This document shows, piece by piece, positions 40,999 to 56,586 of a stretch of 64,000 nucleotides of DNA. The stretch's first letter is position 1; each line of letters begins with the position of its first letter. The translations under genes were made by a program, and so were the position numbers. The stretch spans positions 28,708,001 through 28,772,000 of the forward strand of contig OZ249436.1 in NCBI GenBank assembly GCA_965235115.1, read 5' to 3'. The stretch is from Laetmonice hystrix (lineage: Eukaryota). The notes beneath the pieces were generated by a model. The model saw only the letters and a program-made list of their open reading frames with translations, was not told where the DNA came from and did not search any database.

Positions 40999-42672
40999 CT
41001 AGAGCGATGGGTTGCTGGGCAACACCAAATCCCATTTCCTGTATCCTGGGAGGGCAAGGACAAAGGCAGGTGACATTTAAGAAAAAACATCTAAACTTAA
41101 TTCCTATGCATGTTTAATAGTACCTATGTGCTTAACATCCATCGTTTCCAAGATACAAAACTCTGAATATTGGCGGGACATAGATTTGACCTTTCAAGGT
41201 CACTGTATTGAAATAAAGATGGCGCCAAATGAAAGGCCATATATGACTTCCTATCCATGATTAACAGTAACCATGGGCCTAACATGAACGGTTTCCAAGA
41301 TACAGAGCTCTGAATATTGGCAGGTGACCAATTTGACCTTTCAAGGTCACTCCAGAGAAATAAAAATGGCGCCAAATGAAAGGCCATATATGACTTCCTA
41401 TCCATGTTTAATAGTAACTATTGGCCTATTGTGCATGGTTTCCAAGATACAGAGCTTTGAATATTGGCAGGTCACGGATTTGACCTTTCAAGGTCACTCC
41501 AGGGAAATAAAAATGGTGCCAAATGAAATGCCATATATGACTTCCTATCTATGTTTAATAGTAACTATGGGCCTATTGTGCACGGTTTCAAAGATACAGA
41601 GCATTGAATATATGTAGGTCATGGATTTGACCTTTCAAGGTCACTGTAGCGAAGTACAAATGGCGCCAAATGAAAGGCCATATATGACTTCCTATCCTTG
41701 ATTAATAGTAACCATGGGCCTAACATGCATGGTTTCCAAGATACAGAGCATTGAATATATGTAGGTTATGGATTTGACCTTTCAAGGTCACTGTAGCGAA
41801 GTACAAATGGCGCCAAATGAAAGGCCATATATGACTTCCTATCCTTGATTAATAGTAACTATGGGCCTATTGTGCATGGTTTCCAAGATACAGAGCATTG
41901 AATATATGTAGGTCATGGATTTGACCTTTCAAGGTCACTGTAGCGAAGTACAAATGGCGCCAAACGAAAGGCCATATATAACTTCCTATCCTTGATTAAT
42001 AGCAACTATTGGCCTATTATGCATTGTTTTCATGTTACAGGCGATTCCATATATTGCAACTAATTTTGCCAAAGGTCAAAGGTCACAGGGTCAATTATGA
42101 AAACAATCATTGAAACATGTTTTATGTATGACAGGCTAACACACCTGTCTAAAATCAGCTTAGATATTGCATAGATGCAAAATGTTATATTCTCGATGCA
42201 AACATACCATATTCGCATGTTTAAAGTCACGTGACAGGGTGAAACTAGGTCAAATCGAAAAAATCCAGCCATACTTTTAAGCACCCTCGTATCAGGAGCC
42301 TCTCTACCCAATTTGGTGAAATTTTATTGAAAAATGAGGGAGAAGATACGTTTTAAGCGTTTTCCTACCTCTGACCTAATTTCGACTAAGGTCAAAGGTC
42401 ACAGGTCAACTTCACCTAGAAAATTATTAGTCGACTTAATGTTCATCAGATGGCAGTAACGCTTTTTGCATATCTTCTCAGAGCACCATGAAAATGGACT
42501 TCAAAATTTAGCTGAAAAACGCCAATATTACGTCATAAAACGTCCAAATTACGTCCTATGACGTAATGCATCTGGGTGCCAGGTGTCCTTGCCTAGGTGA
42601 ACCTTCTGTCCAAGTTTCATTCAGATACCTTAAAAACTGAGCGAACGGCCAGCCTTGTTTTACTACAGGAAG
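40999..42672 (-). mobile_element. Family B body 17
   Basis: Same termini; has one copy instead of two of GCTTAGATATT. Confidence 0.85.
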
Positions 42673-42689
42673 AATAATAATAATAATAA

Positions 42690-44811
42690 CTAGAGCGATG
42701 GGTTGCTGGGCAACACCAAATCCCATTTCCTGTATCATGGGAGGGCAAGGACAAAAGCAGGTGACATTTAAGAAAAAACATCTAAACTTAATTCCTATGC
42801 ATGTTTAATAGTACCTATGTGCTTATCATCCATCGTTTCCAAGATACAAAATCTATATATTGGCGGGACATAGATTTGACCTTTCAAGGTCACTGTATTG
42901 AAATAAAGATGGCGCCGAATGAAAGGCCATATATGACTTCCTATCCATGATTAATAGTAATCATGGACCTAGCTTGCACGGTTTCCAAGATACAGAGCTC
43001 TGAATATTGGCAGGTCACCAATTTGACCTTTCAAGGTCACTCCAGAGAAAAAAAGATGGCGCCAACTGAAAGCCCATATATGACTTCCTATATATGATTA
43101 ACAGTAACCACGGGCCTAACATGCACGGTTTCCAAGATACAAAGCTCTGAATATTGGCAGGTCACCAATTTGACCTTTCAAGGTCACTCCAGAGAAAAAA
43201 AGATGGCGCTAACTGAAAGCCCATATATGACTTCCTATATATGATTAACAGTAACCACGGGCCTAACATGCACGGTTACCAAGATACAGAGCTCTGAATA
43301 TTGGCAGGTCACCAATTTGACCTTTCAAGGTCACTCCAGAGAAATAAAAATGGCGCCAAATGAAAGGCCATATATGACTTCCTATCCATGTTTAATAGTA
43401 ACTATTGGCCTATTGTGCATGGTTTCCAAGATACAGAGCTTTGAATATTGGCAGGTCACGGATTTGACCTTTCAAGGTTTACAGAGAAATAAAAATGGCG
43501 CCAAATGAATTGCCATATATATCTTCATATCTATGTTTATTAGTAACTATGGGCCTATTATGCACGGTTTCAAAGATACGGAGCATTGAATATATGTAGG
43601 TCATGGATTTGACCTTTCAAGGTCACTGTAGCTAAGTACAAATGGCGCCAAATGAAAGGCCATATATGACTTCCTATCTATGTTTAATAGTAACTATGGG
43701 CCTATTGTGCACGGTTTCCAAGATACAGAGCATTGAATATATGTAGGTCATGGATTTGACCTTTCAAGGTCACTGTAGCGAAGTACAAATGGCGCCAAAT
43801 GAAAGGCCATATATGACTTCCTATCTATGTTTAATAGTAACTATGGGCCTATTGTGCACGGTTTCCAAGATACAGAGCATTGAATATATGTAGGTCATGG
43901 ATTTGACCTTTCAAGGTCACTGTAGCGAAGTACAAATGGCGCCAAATGAAAGGCCATATATGACTTCCTATCCTTGATTAATAGTAACTATGGGCCTATT
44001 GTGCATGGTTTCCAAGATACAGAGCATTGAATATATGTAGGTCATGGATTTGACCTTTCAAGGTCACTGTAGCGAAGTACAAATGGCGCCAAATGAAAGG
44101 CCATATATGACTTCCTATCCTTGATTAATAGCAACTATTGGCCTATGATGCATTGTTTTCATGTTACAGGCGATTCCATATATTGCAACTAATTTTGCCA
44201 AAGGTCAAAGGTCACAGGGTCAATTATGAAAAAAATCATTGAAACATGTTTTATGTATGGCAGGCTAACACACCTGTCTTAAATAAGCTTAGATATTGCT
44301 TAGATATTGCATAGATGCAAAATGTTATATTCTCTATGCAAACATACCATATTCGCATGTTTAAAGTCACGTGACAGGGTGAAACTAGGTCAAATCGAAA
44401 AATCCAGCCAAACTTTTAAGCACCCTCCTATCAGGACCCTCTGTGCCCAATTTGGTGAAATTTTATTGAAAATTGAGGGAGAAGATACGTTTTAAGCGTT
44501 TTCCTACCTCTGACCTAATTTCGACTAAGGGCAAAGGTCACAGGTCAACTTCACCTAGAAAATTATTAGTGGACTTAATGTTCATCAGATGGCATTAACG
44601 CTTTTTGAGTATCTTCTCAGAGCACTATAAAAAACGACTTCAAACTTTAGCTGAAAAACGCCAATATTACGTCATAAAACGTCCAAATTACGTCCTATGA
44701 CGTAATGCATCTGCGTGCCAGGTGTCCTTGCCTAGGTGAACCTTCTGTCCAAGTTTCATTCAGATACCTTAAAAACTGAGCGAACGGCCAGCCTTGTCTT
44801 ACTACAGGAAG
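42690..44811 (-). mobile_element. Family B body 18
   Basis: Same termini; long internal array. Confidence 0.85.
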
Positions 44812-44828
44812 AATAATAATAATAATAA

Positions 44829-46218
44829 CTAGAGCGATGGGTTGCTGGGCAACACCAAATCCCATTTCCTGTATCCTGGGAGGGCAAGGACAAAGGCAGG
44901 TGACATTTAAGAAAAAACATCTAAACTTAATTCCTATGCATGTTTAATAGTACCTATGTGCTTAACATCCATCGTTTCCAAGATACAAAACTCTGAATAT
45001 TGGCGGGACATAGATTTGACCTTTCAAGGTCACTGTATTGAAATAAAGATGGCGCCGAATGAAAGGCCATATATGACTTCCTATCCATGATTAACAGTAA
45101 CCATGGGCCTAACATGCACGGTTTCCAAGATACAGAGCTCTGAATATTGGCAGGTGACCAATTTGACCTTTCAAGGTCACTCCAGAGAAATAAAAATGGC
45201 GCCAAATGAAAGGCCATATATGACTTCCTATCTATGTTTAATAGTAACTATGGGCCTATTGTGCACGGTTTCCAAGATACAGAGCATTGAATATATGTAG
45301 GTCATGGATTTGACCTTTCAAGGTCACTGTAGCGAAGTACAAATGGCGCCAAATGAAAGGCCATATATGACTTCCTATCCTTGATTAATAGTAACTATGG
45401 GCCTATTGTGCATGGTTTCCAAGATACAGAGCATTGAATATATGTAGGTCATGGATATGACCTTTCAAGGTCACTGTAGCGAAGTACAAATGGCGCCAAA
45501 TGAAAGGCCATATATGACTTCCTATCCTTGATTAATAGCAACTATTGGCCTATTATGCATTGTTTTCATGTTACAGGCGATTCCATATATTGCAACTAAT
45601 TTTGCCAAAGGTCAAAGGTCACAGGGTCAATTATGAAAAAAATCATTGAAACATGTTTTATGTATGACAGGCTAACACACCTGTCTAAAATAAGCTTAGA
45701 TATTGCTTAGATATTGCATAGATGCAAAATGTTATATTCTCTATGCAAACATACCATATTCGCATGTTTAAAGTCACGTGACAGGGTGAAACTAGGTCAA
45801 ATCGAAAAATCCAGCCAAACTTTTAAGCACCCTCCTATCAGGACCCTCTGTGCCCAATTTGGTGAAATTTTATTGAAAATTGAGGGAGAAGATACGTTTT
45901 AAGCGTTTTCCTACCTCTGACCTAATTTCGACTAAGGGCAAAGGTCACAGGTCAACTTCACCTAGAAAATTATTAGTGAACTTAATGTTCATCAGATGGC
46001 ATTAACGCTTCTTGAGTATCTTTTCAGAGCACTCTGAAAAACGACTTCAAAATTTAGCTGAAAAACGCCAATATTACGTCATAAAACGTCCAAATTACGT
46101 CCTATGACGTAATGCATCTGGGTGCCAGGTGTCCTTGCCTAGGTGAACCTTCTGTCCAAGTTTCATTCAGATACCTTAAAAACTGAGCGAATGGCCAGCC
46201 TTGTCTTACTACAGGAAG
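44829..46218 (-). mobile_element. Family B body 19
   Basis: Same termini and internal array. Confidence 0.85.
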
Positions 46219-46226
46219 AATAATAA

Positions 46227-48111
46227 CTAGAGCGATGGGTTGCTGGGCAACACCAAATCCCATTTCCTGTATCCTGGGAGGGCAAGGACAAAGGCAGGTG
46301 ACATTTAAGAAAAAACATCTAAACTTAATTCCTATGCATGTTTAATAGTACCTATGTGCTTAACATCCATCGTTTCCAAGATACAAAACTCTGAATATTG
46401 GCGGGACATAGATTTGACCTTTCAAGGTCACTGTATTGAAATAAAGATGGCGCCGAATGAAAGGCCATATATGACTTCCTATCCATGATTAACAGTAACC
46501 ATGGGCGTAACATGCACGGTTTCCAAGATACAGAGCTCTGAATATTGGCAGGTGACCAATTTGACCTTTCAAGGTCACTCCAGAGAAATAAAAATGGCGC
46601 CAAATGAAAGGCCATATATGACTTCCTATCCATGTTTAATAGTAACTATTGGCCTATTGTGCATGGTTTCCAAGATACAGAGCTTTGAATATTGGCAGGT
46701 CACGGATTTGACCTTTAAAGGTCACTCCAGAGAAATAAAAATGGCGCCAAATGAAATGCCATATATGACTTCCTATCTATGTTTATTAGTAACTATGGGC
46801 CTATTGTGCACGGTTTCAAAGATACAGAGCATTGAATATATGTAGGTCATGGATTTGACCTTTCAAGGTCACTGTAGCGAAGTACAAATGGCGCCAAATG
46901 AAAGGCAATATATGACTTCCTATCTATGTTTAATAGTAACTATGGGCCTATTGTGCACGGTTTCCAAGATACAGAGCATTGAATATATGTAGGTCATGGA
47001 TTCGACCTTTCAAGGTCACAGTAGCGAAGTACAAATGGCGCCAAATGAAAGGCCATATATGACTTCCTATCCTTGATTAATAGTAACTATGGGCCTATTG
47101 TGCATGGTTTCCAAGATACAGAGCATTGAATATATGTAGGTCATGGATTTGACCTTTCAAGGTCACTGTAGCGAAGTACAAATGGCGCCAAATGAAAGGC
47201 CATATATGACTTTCTATCCTTGATTAATAGCAACTATTGGCCTATGATGCATTGTTTTCATGTTACAGGCGATTCCATATATTGCAACTAATTTTGCCAA
47301 AGGTCAAAGGTCACAGGGTCAATTATGAAAAAAATCATTGAAACATGTTTTATGTATGGCAGGCTAACACACCTGTCTTAAATAAGCTTAGATATTGCTT
47401 AGATATTGCATAGATGCAAAATGTTATATTCTCTATGCAAACATACCATATTCGCATGTTTAAAGTCACGTGACAGGGTGAAACTAGGTCAAATCGAAAA
47501 ATCCAGCCAAACTTTTAAGCACCCTCCTATCAGGACCCTCTGTGCCCAATTTGGTGAAATTTTATTGAAAATTGAGGGAGAAGATACGTTTTAAGCGTTT
47601 TCCTACCTCTGACCTAATTTCGACTAAGGGCAAAGGTCACAGGTCAACTTCACCTAGAAAATTATTAGTGGACTTAATGTTCATCAGATGGCATTAACGC
47701 TTTTTGAGTATCTTCTCAGAGCACTATAAAAAACGACTTCAAACTTTAGCTGAAAAACGCCAATATTACGTCATAAAACGTCCAAATTACGTCCTATGAC
47801 GTAATGCATCTGGGTGCCAGGTGTCCTTGCCTAGGTGAACCTTCTGTCCAAGTTTCATTCAGATATCTTAAAAACTGAGCGAACGGCCAGCCTTGTCTTA
47901 CTACAGGAAGAATAATAATAATAATAATAGTGTACACGAAACCATACAACAACAAGATCCCATTTCCACAGAGTGGAAATGGGATAATAATAGTGTACAC
48001 GAAACCATACAACAACAAGATCCCATTTCCACAGAGTGGAAATGGGATAATAATAGTGTACACGAAACCATACAACAACAAGATCCCATTTCCACAGAGT
48101 GGAAATGGGAT
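46227..48111 (-). mobile_element. Family B complete element (body 20) with three stacked hairpin modules (47930, 47993, 48056)
   Basis: Both ends present plus two extra modules. Confidence 0.88.
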
Positions 48112-48122
48112 AATAATAATAA

Positions 48123-49806
48123 CTAGAGCGATGGGTTGCTGGGCAACACCAAATCCCATTTCCTGTATCCTGGGAGGGCAAGGACAAAGGCAGGTAACAT
48201 TTAAGAAAAAACATCTAAACGTAATTCCTATGCATGTTTAATAGTACCTATGTGCTTAACATCCATCGTTTCCAAGATACAAAACTCTGAATATTGGCGG
48301 GTCATAGATTTGACCTTTCAAGGTCACTGTATCTAAATAAAGATGGCGCCGAATGAAAGGCCATATATGACTTCCTATCCATGATTAATAGTAATCATGG
48401 ACCTAGCATGCACGGTTTCCAAGACACAGAGATCTGAATAGTGGCAGGTCACCAATTTGACCTTTCAAGGTCACTCCAGAGAAAAAAAGATGGCGCTAAT
48501 TAAAAGCCCATATATGACTTCCTATCCATGTTTAATAGTAACCATGGGCCTAACATGCACGGTTTCCAAGATACAGAGCTATGAATATTGGCAGGTCATG
48601 AATTTGACCTTCCAAGGTCACTACAGAGAAATAAAAATGGCGCCAAATGAAAGGCCATATATGACTTCCTATCTATGTTTAATAGTAACTATGGGCCTAT
48701 TGTGCACGGTTTCCAAGATACAGAGCATTGAATATATGTAGGTCATGGATTTGACCTTTCAAGGTCACTGTAGCGAAGTACAAATGGCGCCAAATGAAAG
48801 GCCATATATGACTTCCTATCTATGTTTAATAGTAACTATGGGCCTATTGTGCACGGTTTCCAAGATACAGAGCATTGAATATATGTAGGTCATGGATTTG
48901 ACCTTTCAAGGTCACTGTAGCGAAGTACAAATGGCGCCAAATGAAAGGCCATATATGACTTCCTATCCTTGATTAATAGTAACTATGGGCCTATTGTGCA
49001 TGGTTTCCAAGATACAGAGCATTGAATATATGTAGGTCATGGATTTGACCTTTCAAGGTCACTGTAGCGAAGTACAAATGGCGCCAAATGACAGGCCATA
49101 TATGACTTCCTATCCTTGATTAATAGCAACTATTGGCCTATTATGCATTGTTTTCATGTTACAGGCGATTCCATATATTGCAACTAATTTTGCCAAAGGT
49201 CAAATGTCACAGGGTCAATTATGAAAAAAATCATTAAAACATGTTTTATGTATGACAGGCTAACACACCTGTCTTAAATAAGCTTAGATATTGCTTAGAT
49301 ATTGCATAGATGCAAAATTTTATATTCTCTATGCAAACATACCATATTCGCATGTTTAAAGTCACGTGACAGGGTGAAACTAGGTCAAATCGAAAAATCC
49401 AGCCAAACTTTTAAGCACCCTCCTATCAGGAGCCTCTGTGCCCAATTTGGTGAAATTTTATTGAAAATTGAGGGAGAAGATACGTTTTAAGCATTTTCCT
49501 ACCTCTGACCTAATTTCGACTAAGGGCAAAGGTCACAGGTCAACTTCACCTAGAAAATTATTAGTGGACTTAATCTTCATCAGATGGCATTAACGCTTTT
49601 TGAGTATCTTCTCAGAGCACTATGAAAAACGACTTCAAAATTTAGCTGAAAAACGCCAATATTACGTCATAAAACGTCCAAATTACGTCCTATGACGTAA
49701 TGCATCTGGGTGCCAGGTGTCCTTGCCTAGGTGAACCTTCTGTCCAAGTTTCATTCAGATACCTTAAAAACTGAGCGAACGGGCGGGCTTGTTTTACTAC
49801 AGGAAG
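48123..49806 (-). mobile_element. Family B body 21
   Basis: Same termini and internal array. Confidence 0.85.
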
Positions 49807-49823
49807 AATAATAATAATAATAA

Positions 49824-51630
49824 ATATATTGGCGGGACATAGATTTGCCCTTTCAAGGTCACTGTATTGAAATAAAGATGGCGCCGAATGAAAGGCCATA
49901 TATGACTTCCTATCCATGATTAATAGTAATCATGGACCTAGCTTGCACGGTTTCCAAGATACAGAGTTCTGAATATTGGCAGGTCACCAATTTGACCTTT
50001 CAAGGTCACTCCAGAGAAAAAAAGATGGCGCCAACTGAAAGCCCATATATGACTTCCTATATATGATTAACAGTAACCACGGGCCTAACATGCACGGTTT
50101 CCAAGATACAGAGCTCTGAATATTGGCAGGTCACCAATTTGACCTTTCAAGGTCACTCCAGAGAAATAAAAATGGCGCCAAATGAAAGGCCATATATGAC
50201 TTCCTATCCATGTTTAATAGTAACTATTGGCCTATCGTGCATGGTTTCCAAGATACAGAGCTCTGAATATTGGCAGGTCACCAATTTGACCTTTCAAGGT
50301 CACTCCAGAGAAAAAAAGATGGCGCTAACTGAAAGCCCATATATGACTTCCTATATATGATTAACAGTAGCCACGGGCCTAACATGCACGGTTTCCAAGA
50401 TACAGAGCTCTGAATATTGGCAGGTCACCAATTTGACCTTTCAAGGTCACTCCAGAGAAATAAAAATGGCGCCAAATGAAAGGCCATATATGACTTCCTA
50501 TCCATGTTTAATAGTAACTATTGGCCTATTGTGCATGGTTTCCAAGATACAGAGCTTTGAATATTGGCAGGTCACGGATTTGACCTTTCAAGGTCACTCC
50601 AGAGAAATAAAAATGGCGCCAAATGAAATGCCATATATGACTTCCTATCTATGTTTAATAGTAACTATGGGCCTATTGTGCATGGTTTCAAAGATACAGA
50701 GCATTGAATATATGTAGGTCATGGATTTGACCTTTCAAGGTCACTGTAGCGAAGTACAAATGGCGCCAAATGAAAGGCCAAATATGACTTCCTATCCTTG
50801 ATTAATAGCAACTATTGGCTTATTTTGCATTGTTTTCAAGTTACAGGCGATTTCCATATATTGCAACTAATTTTGCCAAAGGTCAAAGGTCACAGGGTCA
50901 ATTCTGAAAAAAAAAATCATTGAAACATGTTTTATGTATGACAGGCTAACAAACCTGTCTAAAATATGCTTAGATATTGCTTAGATATTGCATAGATGCA
51001 AAATTTTATATTCTCTATGCAAACATACCATATTCACATGTTTAAAGTCACGTGACAGGATGAAACTAGGTCAAATCGAAAAATCCAGCCAAACTTTTAA
51101 GCACCCTCCTATCAGGAGCCTCTGTGCCCAATTTGGTGAAATTTTATTGAAAATTGAGGGAGAAGATACGTTTTAACCGTTTTCCTAACTCTGACCTAAT
51201 TTCGACTAAGGGCAAAGGTCACAGGTCAACTTTACCTAGAAAATTATTAGTGGACTTAATGTTCATTAGATGGCATTAACGCTTCTTGAGTATCTTCTCA
51301 GAGCACTATGAAAAACGACTTCAAAATTTAGCTGAAAAACGCCAATATTACGTCATAAAACGTCCAAATTACGTCCTATGACGTAATGCATCTGGGTGCC
51401 AGGTGTCCTTGCCTAGGTGAACCTTCTGTCCAAGTTTCATTCAGATACCTTAAAAACTGAGCGAACGGCAAGCCTTGTCTTACTACAGGAAGAATAATAA
51501 TAATAATAGTGTACACGAAACCATACAACAACAAAATCCCATTTCCACAGAGTGGAAATGGGATAATAATAATAGTGTACACGAAACCATACAACAACAA
51601 AATCCCATTTCCACAGAGTGGAAATGGGAT
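49824..51630 (-). mobile_element. Family B body 22 (truncated on the CTAG side) + two hairpin modules (51509, 51575)
   Basis: (AAT)nAA joins ATATATTGGCGGG. Confidence 0.85.
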
Positions 51631-51635
51631 AATAA

Positions 51636-53464
51636 CTAGAGCGATGGGTTGCTGGGCAACACCAAATCCCATTTCCTGTATCCTGGGAGGGCAAGGACAA
51701 AGGCAGGTGACATTTAAGAAAAAACATCTAAACTTAATTCCTATGCATGTTTAATAGTACCTATGTGCTTAACATCCATCGTTTCCAAGATACAAAATCT
51801 GAATATTGGCGGGTCATAGATTTGACCTTTCAAGGTCACTGTAATCAAATAAAGATGGCGCCGAATGAAAGGCCATATATGACTTCCTATCCATGATTAA
51901 TAGTAATCATGGACCTAGCATGCACGGTTTCCAAGACACAGGGATCTGAATAGTGGCAGGTCACCAATTTGACCTTTCAAGGTCACTCCAGAGAAAAAAA
52001 GATGGCGCCAATTGAAAGCTCATATATGACTTCCTATCCATGATTTACAGTAACCATGGGCCTAACATGCACGGTTTCCAAGATACAGAGCTATGAATAT
52101 TGGCAGGTCATGAATTTGACCTTCCAAGGTCACTACAGAGAAAGAAAAATGGCGCCAAATGAAATACCATATATGACTTCCTATCCATGGTTAATAGCAA
52201 CTATGGGTCTATCGTGCACGGTTCCCAAGATACAGAGCTTTGAATATTGGGGAGCATGGATTTGACCTTTCAAGGTCATGGTAGGGAAGTAAAGATGGCG
52301 CCGAATGAAAGCCCATATATGACTTCCTATCCATGATTAACAGTAATCATGGACCCAGCATGCACTGTTTCCAAGATACAGAGCTCTGAATATTGGCAGG
52401 TGACCAATTTGACCTTTCAAGGTCACTCCAGAGAAATAAAAATGGCGTCAAATGAAAGGCCATATATGACTTCCTATCCATGTTTAATAGTAACTATTGG
52501 CCTATTGTGCATGGTTTCCAAGATACAGAGCTTTGAATATTGGCAGGTCACGGATTTGACCTTTCAAGGTCACTGTAGCGAAGTACAAATTGCGCCAAAT
52601 GAAAGGCCATATATGACTTCCTATCTATGTTTAATAGTAACTATGGGGCTATTGTGCACGGTTTCCAAGATACAGAGCATTGAAAATATGTAGGTCATGG
52701 ATTTAACCTTTCAAGGTCACTGTAGCGAAGTACAAATGGCGCCAAATGAAAGGCCATATATGACTTCCTATCCTTCATTAATAGCAACTATTGGCCTATT
52801 ATGCATTGTTTTCATGTTACAGGCGATTCCATATATTGCAACTAATTTTGCCAAAGGTCAAAGGTCACAGGGTCAATTATGAAAAAAATCATTGAAACAT
52901 GTTTTATGTATGACAGGCTAACACACCTGTCTAAAATAAGCTTAGATATTGCTTAGATATTGCATAGATGCAAAATGTTATATTCTCTATGCAAACATAC
53001 CATATTCGCATGTTTAAAGTCACGTGACAGGGTGAAACTAGGTCAAATCGAAAAATCCAGCCAAACTTTTAAGCACCCTCCTATCAGGACCCTCTGTGCC
53101 CAATTTGGTGAAATTTTATTGAAAATTGAGGGAGAAGATACGTTTTAAGCGTTTTCCTACCTCTGACCTAATTTCGACTAAGGGCAAAGGTCACAGGTCA
53201 ACTTCACCTAGAAAATTTTTAGGGGACTTAATGTTCATCAGATGGCATTAACGCTTCTTGAGTATCTTCTCAGAGCACTATGAAAAACGACTTCAAAATT
53301 TAGCTGAAAAACGCCAATATTACGTCATAAAACGTCCAAATTACGTCCTATGACGTAATGCATCTGGGTGCCAGGTGTCCTTGCCTAGGTGAATCTTCTG
53401 TCCAAGTTTCATTCAGATACCTTAAAAACTGAGCGAATGGGCAGCCTTGTTTTACTACAGGAAG
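51636..53464 (-). mobile_element. Family B body 23
   Basis: Same termini; includes divergent monomers at ~52130-52380. Confidence 0.85.
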
Positions 53465-53478
53465 AATAATAATAATAA

Positions 53479-54870
53479 CTAGAGCGATGGGTTGCTGGGC
53501 AACACCAAATCCCATTTCCTGTATCCTGGGAGGGCAAGGACAAAGGCAGGTGACATTTAAGAAAAAACATCTAAACTTAATTCCTATGCATGTTTAATAG
53601 TACCTATGTGCTTAACATCCATCGTTTCCAAGATACAAAACTCTGAATATTGGCGGGACATAGATTTGACCTTTCAAGGTCACTGTATTGAAATAAAAAT
53701 GGCGTCAGATGAAAGGCCATATAGGACTTCCTATGCATGATTCAAAGTAACTATGGCCCTATTGTGCACAGTGTCCAAGATACAGAGCTCTGAATATTGC
53801 CAGGTCATTGATTTGACCTTTCAAGGTCACTCTAGGGAAATAAGAATGGCGGCAAATGAAAGCCCATATATGACTTCCTATATATGATTAACAGTAACCA
53901 CGGCCTAACATGCACGGTTTCCAAGATACAGAGCTCTGAATATTGGCAGGTCACCAATTTGACCTTTCAAGGTCACTCCAGAGAAATAGAAATGGCGCCA
54001 AATGAAAGGCCATATATGACTTCCTATCCATGTTTAATAGTAACTATTGGCCTATTGTGCATGGTTTCCAAGATACAGAGCATTGAATATATGTAGGTCA
54101 TGGATTTGACCTTTCAAGGTCACTGTAGCGAAGTACAAATGGCGTCAAATGAAAGGCCATATATGACTTCCTATCCTTGATTAATGGCAACTATTGGCTT
54201 ATTTTGCATTGTTTTCAAGTTACAGGCGATTCCATATATTGCAACTAATTTTGCCAAAGGTCAAAGTTCACAGGGTCAATTCTGAAAAAAAAAATAATTG
54301 AAACATGTTTTATGTATGACAGGCTAGCAAACCTGCCTAAAATATGCTTAGATATTGCTTAGATATTGCATAGATGCAAAATTTTATATTCTCTATGCAA
54401 ACATACCATATTCGCATGTTTAAAGTCACGTGACAGAGTGAAACTAGGTCAAATCAAAAAATCCAGCCAAACTTTTAAGCACCCTCCTATCAGGAGCCTC
54501 TGTGCCCAATTTGGTGAAATTTTATTGAAAATTGAGGGAGAAGATACGTTTTAAGCGTTTTCCTACCTCTGACCTAATTTCGACTAAGGGCAAAGGTCAC
54601 AGGTCAAGTTCACCTAGAAAATTATTAGTGGACTTAATGTTCATCAGATGGCATTAACGCTTTTTGAGTATCTTCTCAGAGCACTATAAAAAACGACTTC
54701 AAAATTTAGCTGAAAAACGACAATATTACGTCATAAAACGTCCAAATTACGTCCTATGACGTAATGCATCTGGGTGCCAGGTGTCCTTGCCTAGGTGAAC
54801 CTTCTGTCCAAGTTTCATTCAGATACCTTAAAAACTGAGCGAATGGGCGGGCTTGTTTTACTACAGGAAG
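53479..54870 (-). mobile_element. Family B body 24
   Basis: Same termini; divergent monomers at ~53690-53880. Confidence 0.85.
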
Positions 54871-54896
54871 AATAATAATAATAATAATAATAATAA

Positions 54897-56560
54897 CTAG
54901 AGCGATGGGTTGCTGGGCAACACCAAATCCCATTTCCGGTATATCCTGGGAGGGCAAGGACAAAGGCAGGTGACATTTAAGAAAAAACATCTAAACTTAA
55001 TTCCTATGCATGTTTAATAGTACCTTTCCAAGATACAAAATCTGAATATTCGCGGAACATAGATTTGACCTTTCAAGGTCACTGTATTGAAATAAAGATG
55101 GCGCCGAATGAAAGGCCATATATGACTTCCTATCCATGATTAACAGTGATCATGGACCTAGCTTGCACGGTTTCCAAGATACAGAGCTCTGAATGTTGGC
55201 AGGTCACCAATTTGACCTTTCAAGGTCACTCCAGAGAAAAAAAGATGGCGCCAACTGAAAGCCCATATATGACTTCCTATATATGATTAACAGTAACCAC
55301 GGGCCTAACATGCACGGTTTCCAAGATACAGAGCTCTGAATATTGGCAGGTCACCAATTTGACCTTTCAAGGTCACTCCAGAGAAAAAAAGATGGCGCTA
55401 ACTGAAAGCCCATATATGACTTCCTATATATAATTAACAGTAACCACGGGCCTAACATGCACGGTTTCCAAGATACAGAGCTCTGAATATTGGCAGGTCA
55501 CCAATTTGACCTTTCAAGGTCACTCCAGAGAAATAAAAATGGCGCCAAATGAAAGGCCATATATGACTTCCTATCCATGTTTAATAGTAACTATTGGCCT
55601 ATTGTGCATGGTTTCCAAGATACAGAGCTTTGAATATTGGCAGGTCACGGATTTGACCTTTCAAGGTCACTCCAGAGAAATAAAAATGGCGCCAAATGAA
55701 TTGCCATATATATCTTCCTATCTATGTTTAATAGTAACTATGGGCCTATTGTGCACGGTTTCCAAGATACAGAGCATTGAATATATGTAGGTCATGGATT
55801 TGACCTTTCAAGGTCACTGTAGCGAAGTACAAATGGCGCCAAATGAAAGGCCATATATGACTTCCTATCCTTGATTAATAGCAACTATTGGCCTATTATG
55901 CATTGTTTTTATGTTACAGGTGATCATATATTGGAACTAATTTTGCCAAAGGTCAAAGGTCACAGGGTCAATTATGAAAAAAATCATTGAAACATGTTTT
56001 ATGTATGACAGGCTAACACACCTGTCTAAAATAAGCTTAGATATTGCTTAGATATTGCATAGATGCAAAATGTTATATTCTCTATGCAAACATACCATAT
56101 TCGCATGTTTAAAGTCACGTGACAGGGTGAAACTAGGTCAAATCGAAAAAATCCAGCCATACTTTTAAGCACCCTCGTATCAGGAGCCTCTCTACCCAAT
56201 TTGGTGAAATTTTATTGAAAAATGAGGGAGAAGATACGTTTTAAGCGTTTTCCTACCTCTGACCTAATTTCGACTAAGGTCAAAGGTCACAGGTCAACTT
56301 CACCTAGAAAATTATTAGTCGACTTAATGTTCATCAGATGGCAGTAACGCTTTTTGCATATCTTCTCAGAGCACCATGAAAATGGACTTCAAAATTTAGC
56401 TGAAAAACGCCAATATTACGTCATAAAACGTCCAAATTACGTCCTATGACGTAATGCATCTGGGTGCCAGGTGTCCTTGCCTAGGTGAACCTTCTGTCCA
56501 AGTTTCATTCAGATACCTTAAAAACTGAGCGAACGGCCAGCCTTGTTTTACTACAGGAAG
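54897..56560 (-). mobile_element. Family B body 25
   Basis: Same termini; ~20-bp deletion near 55025. Confidence 0.85.
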
Positions 56561-56586
56561 AATAATAATAATAATAATAATAATAA

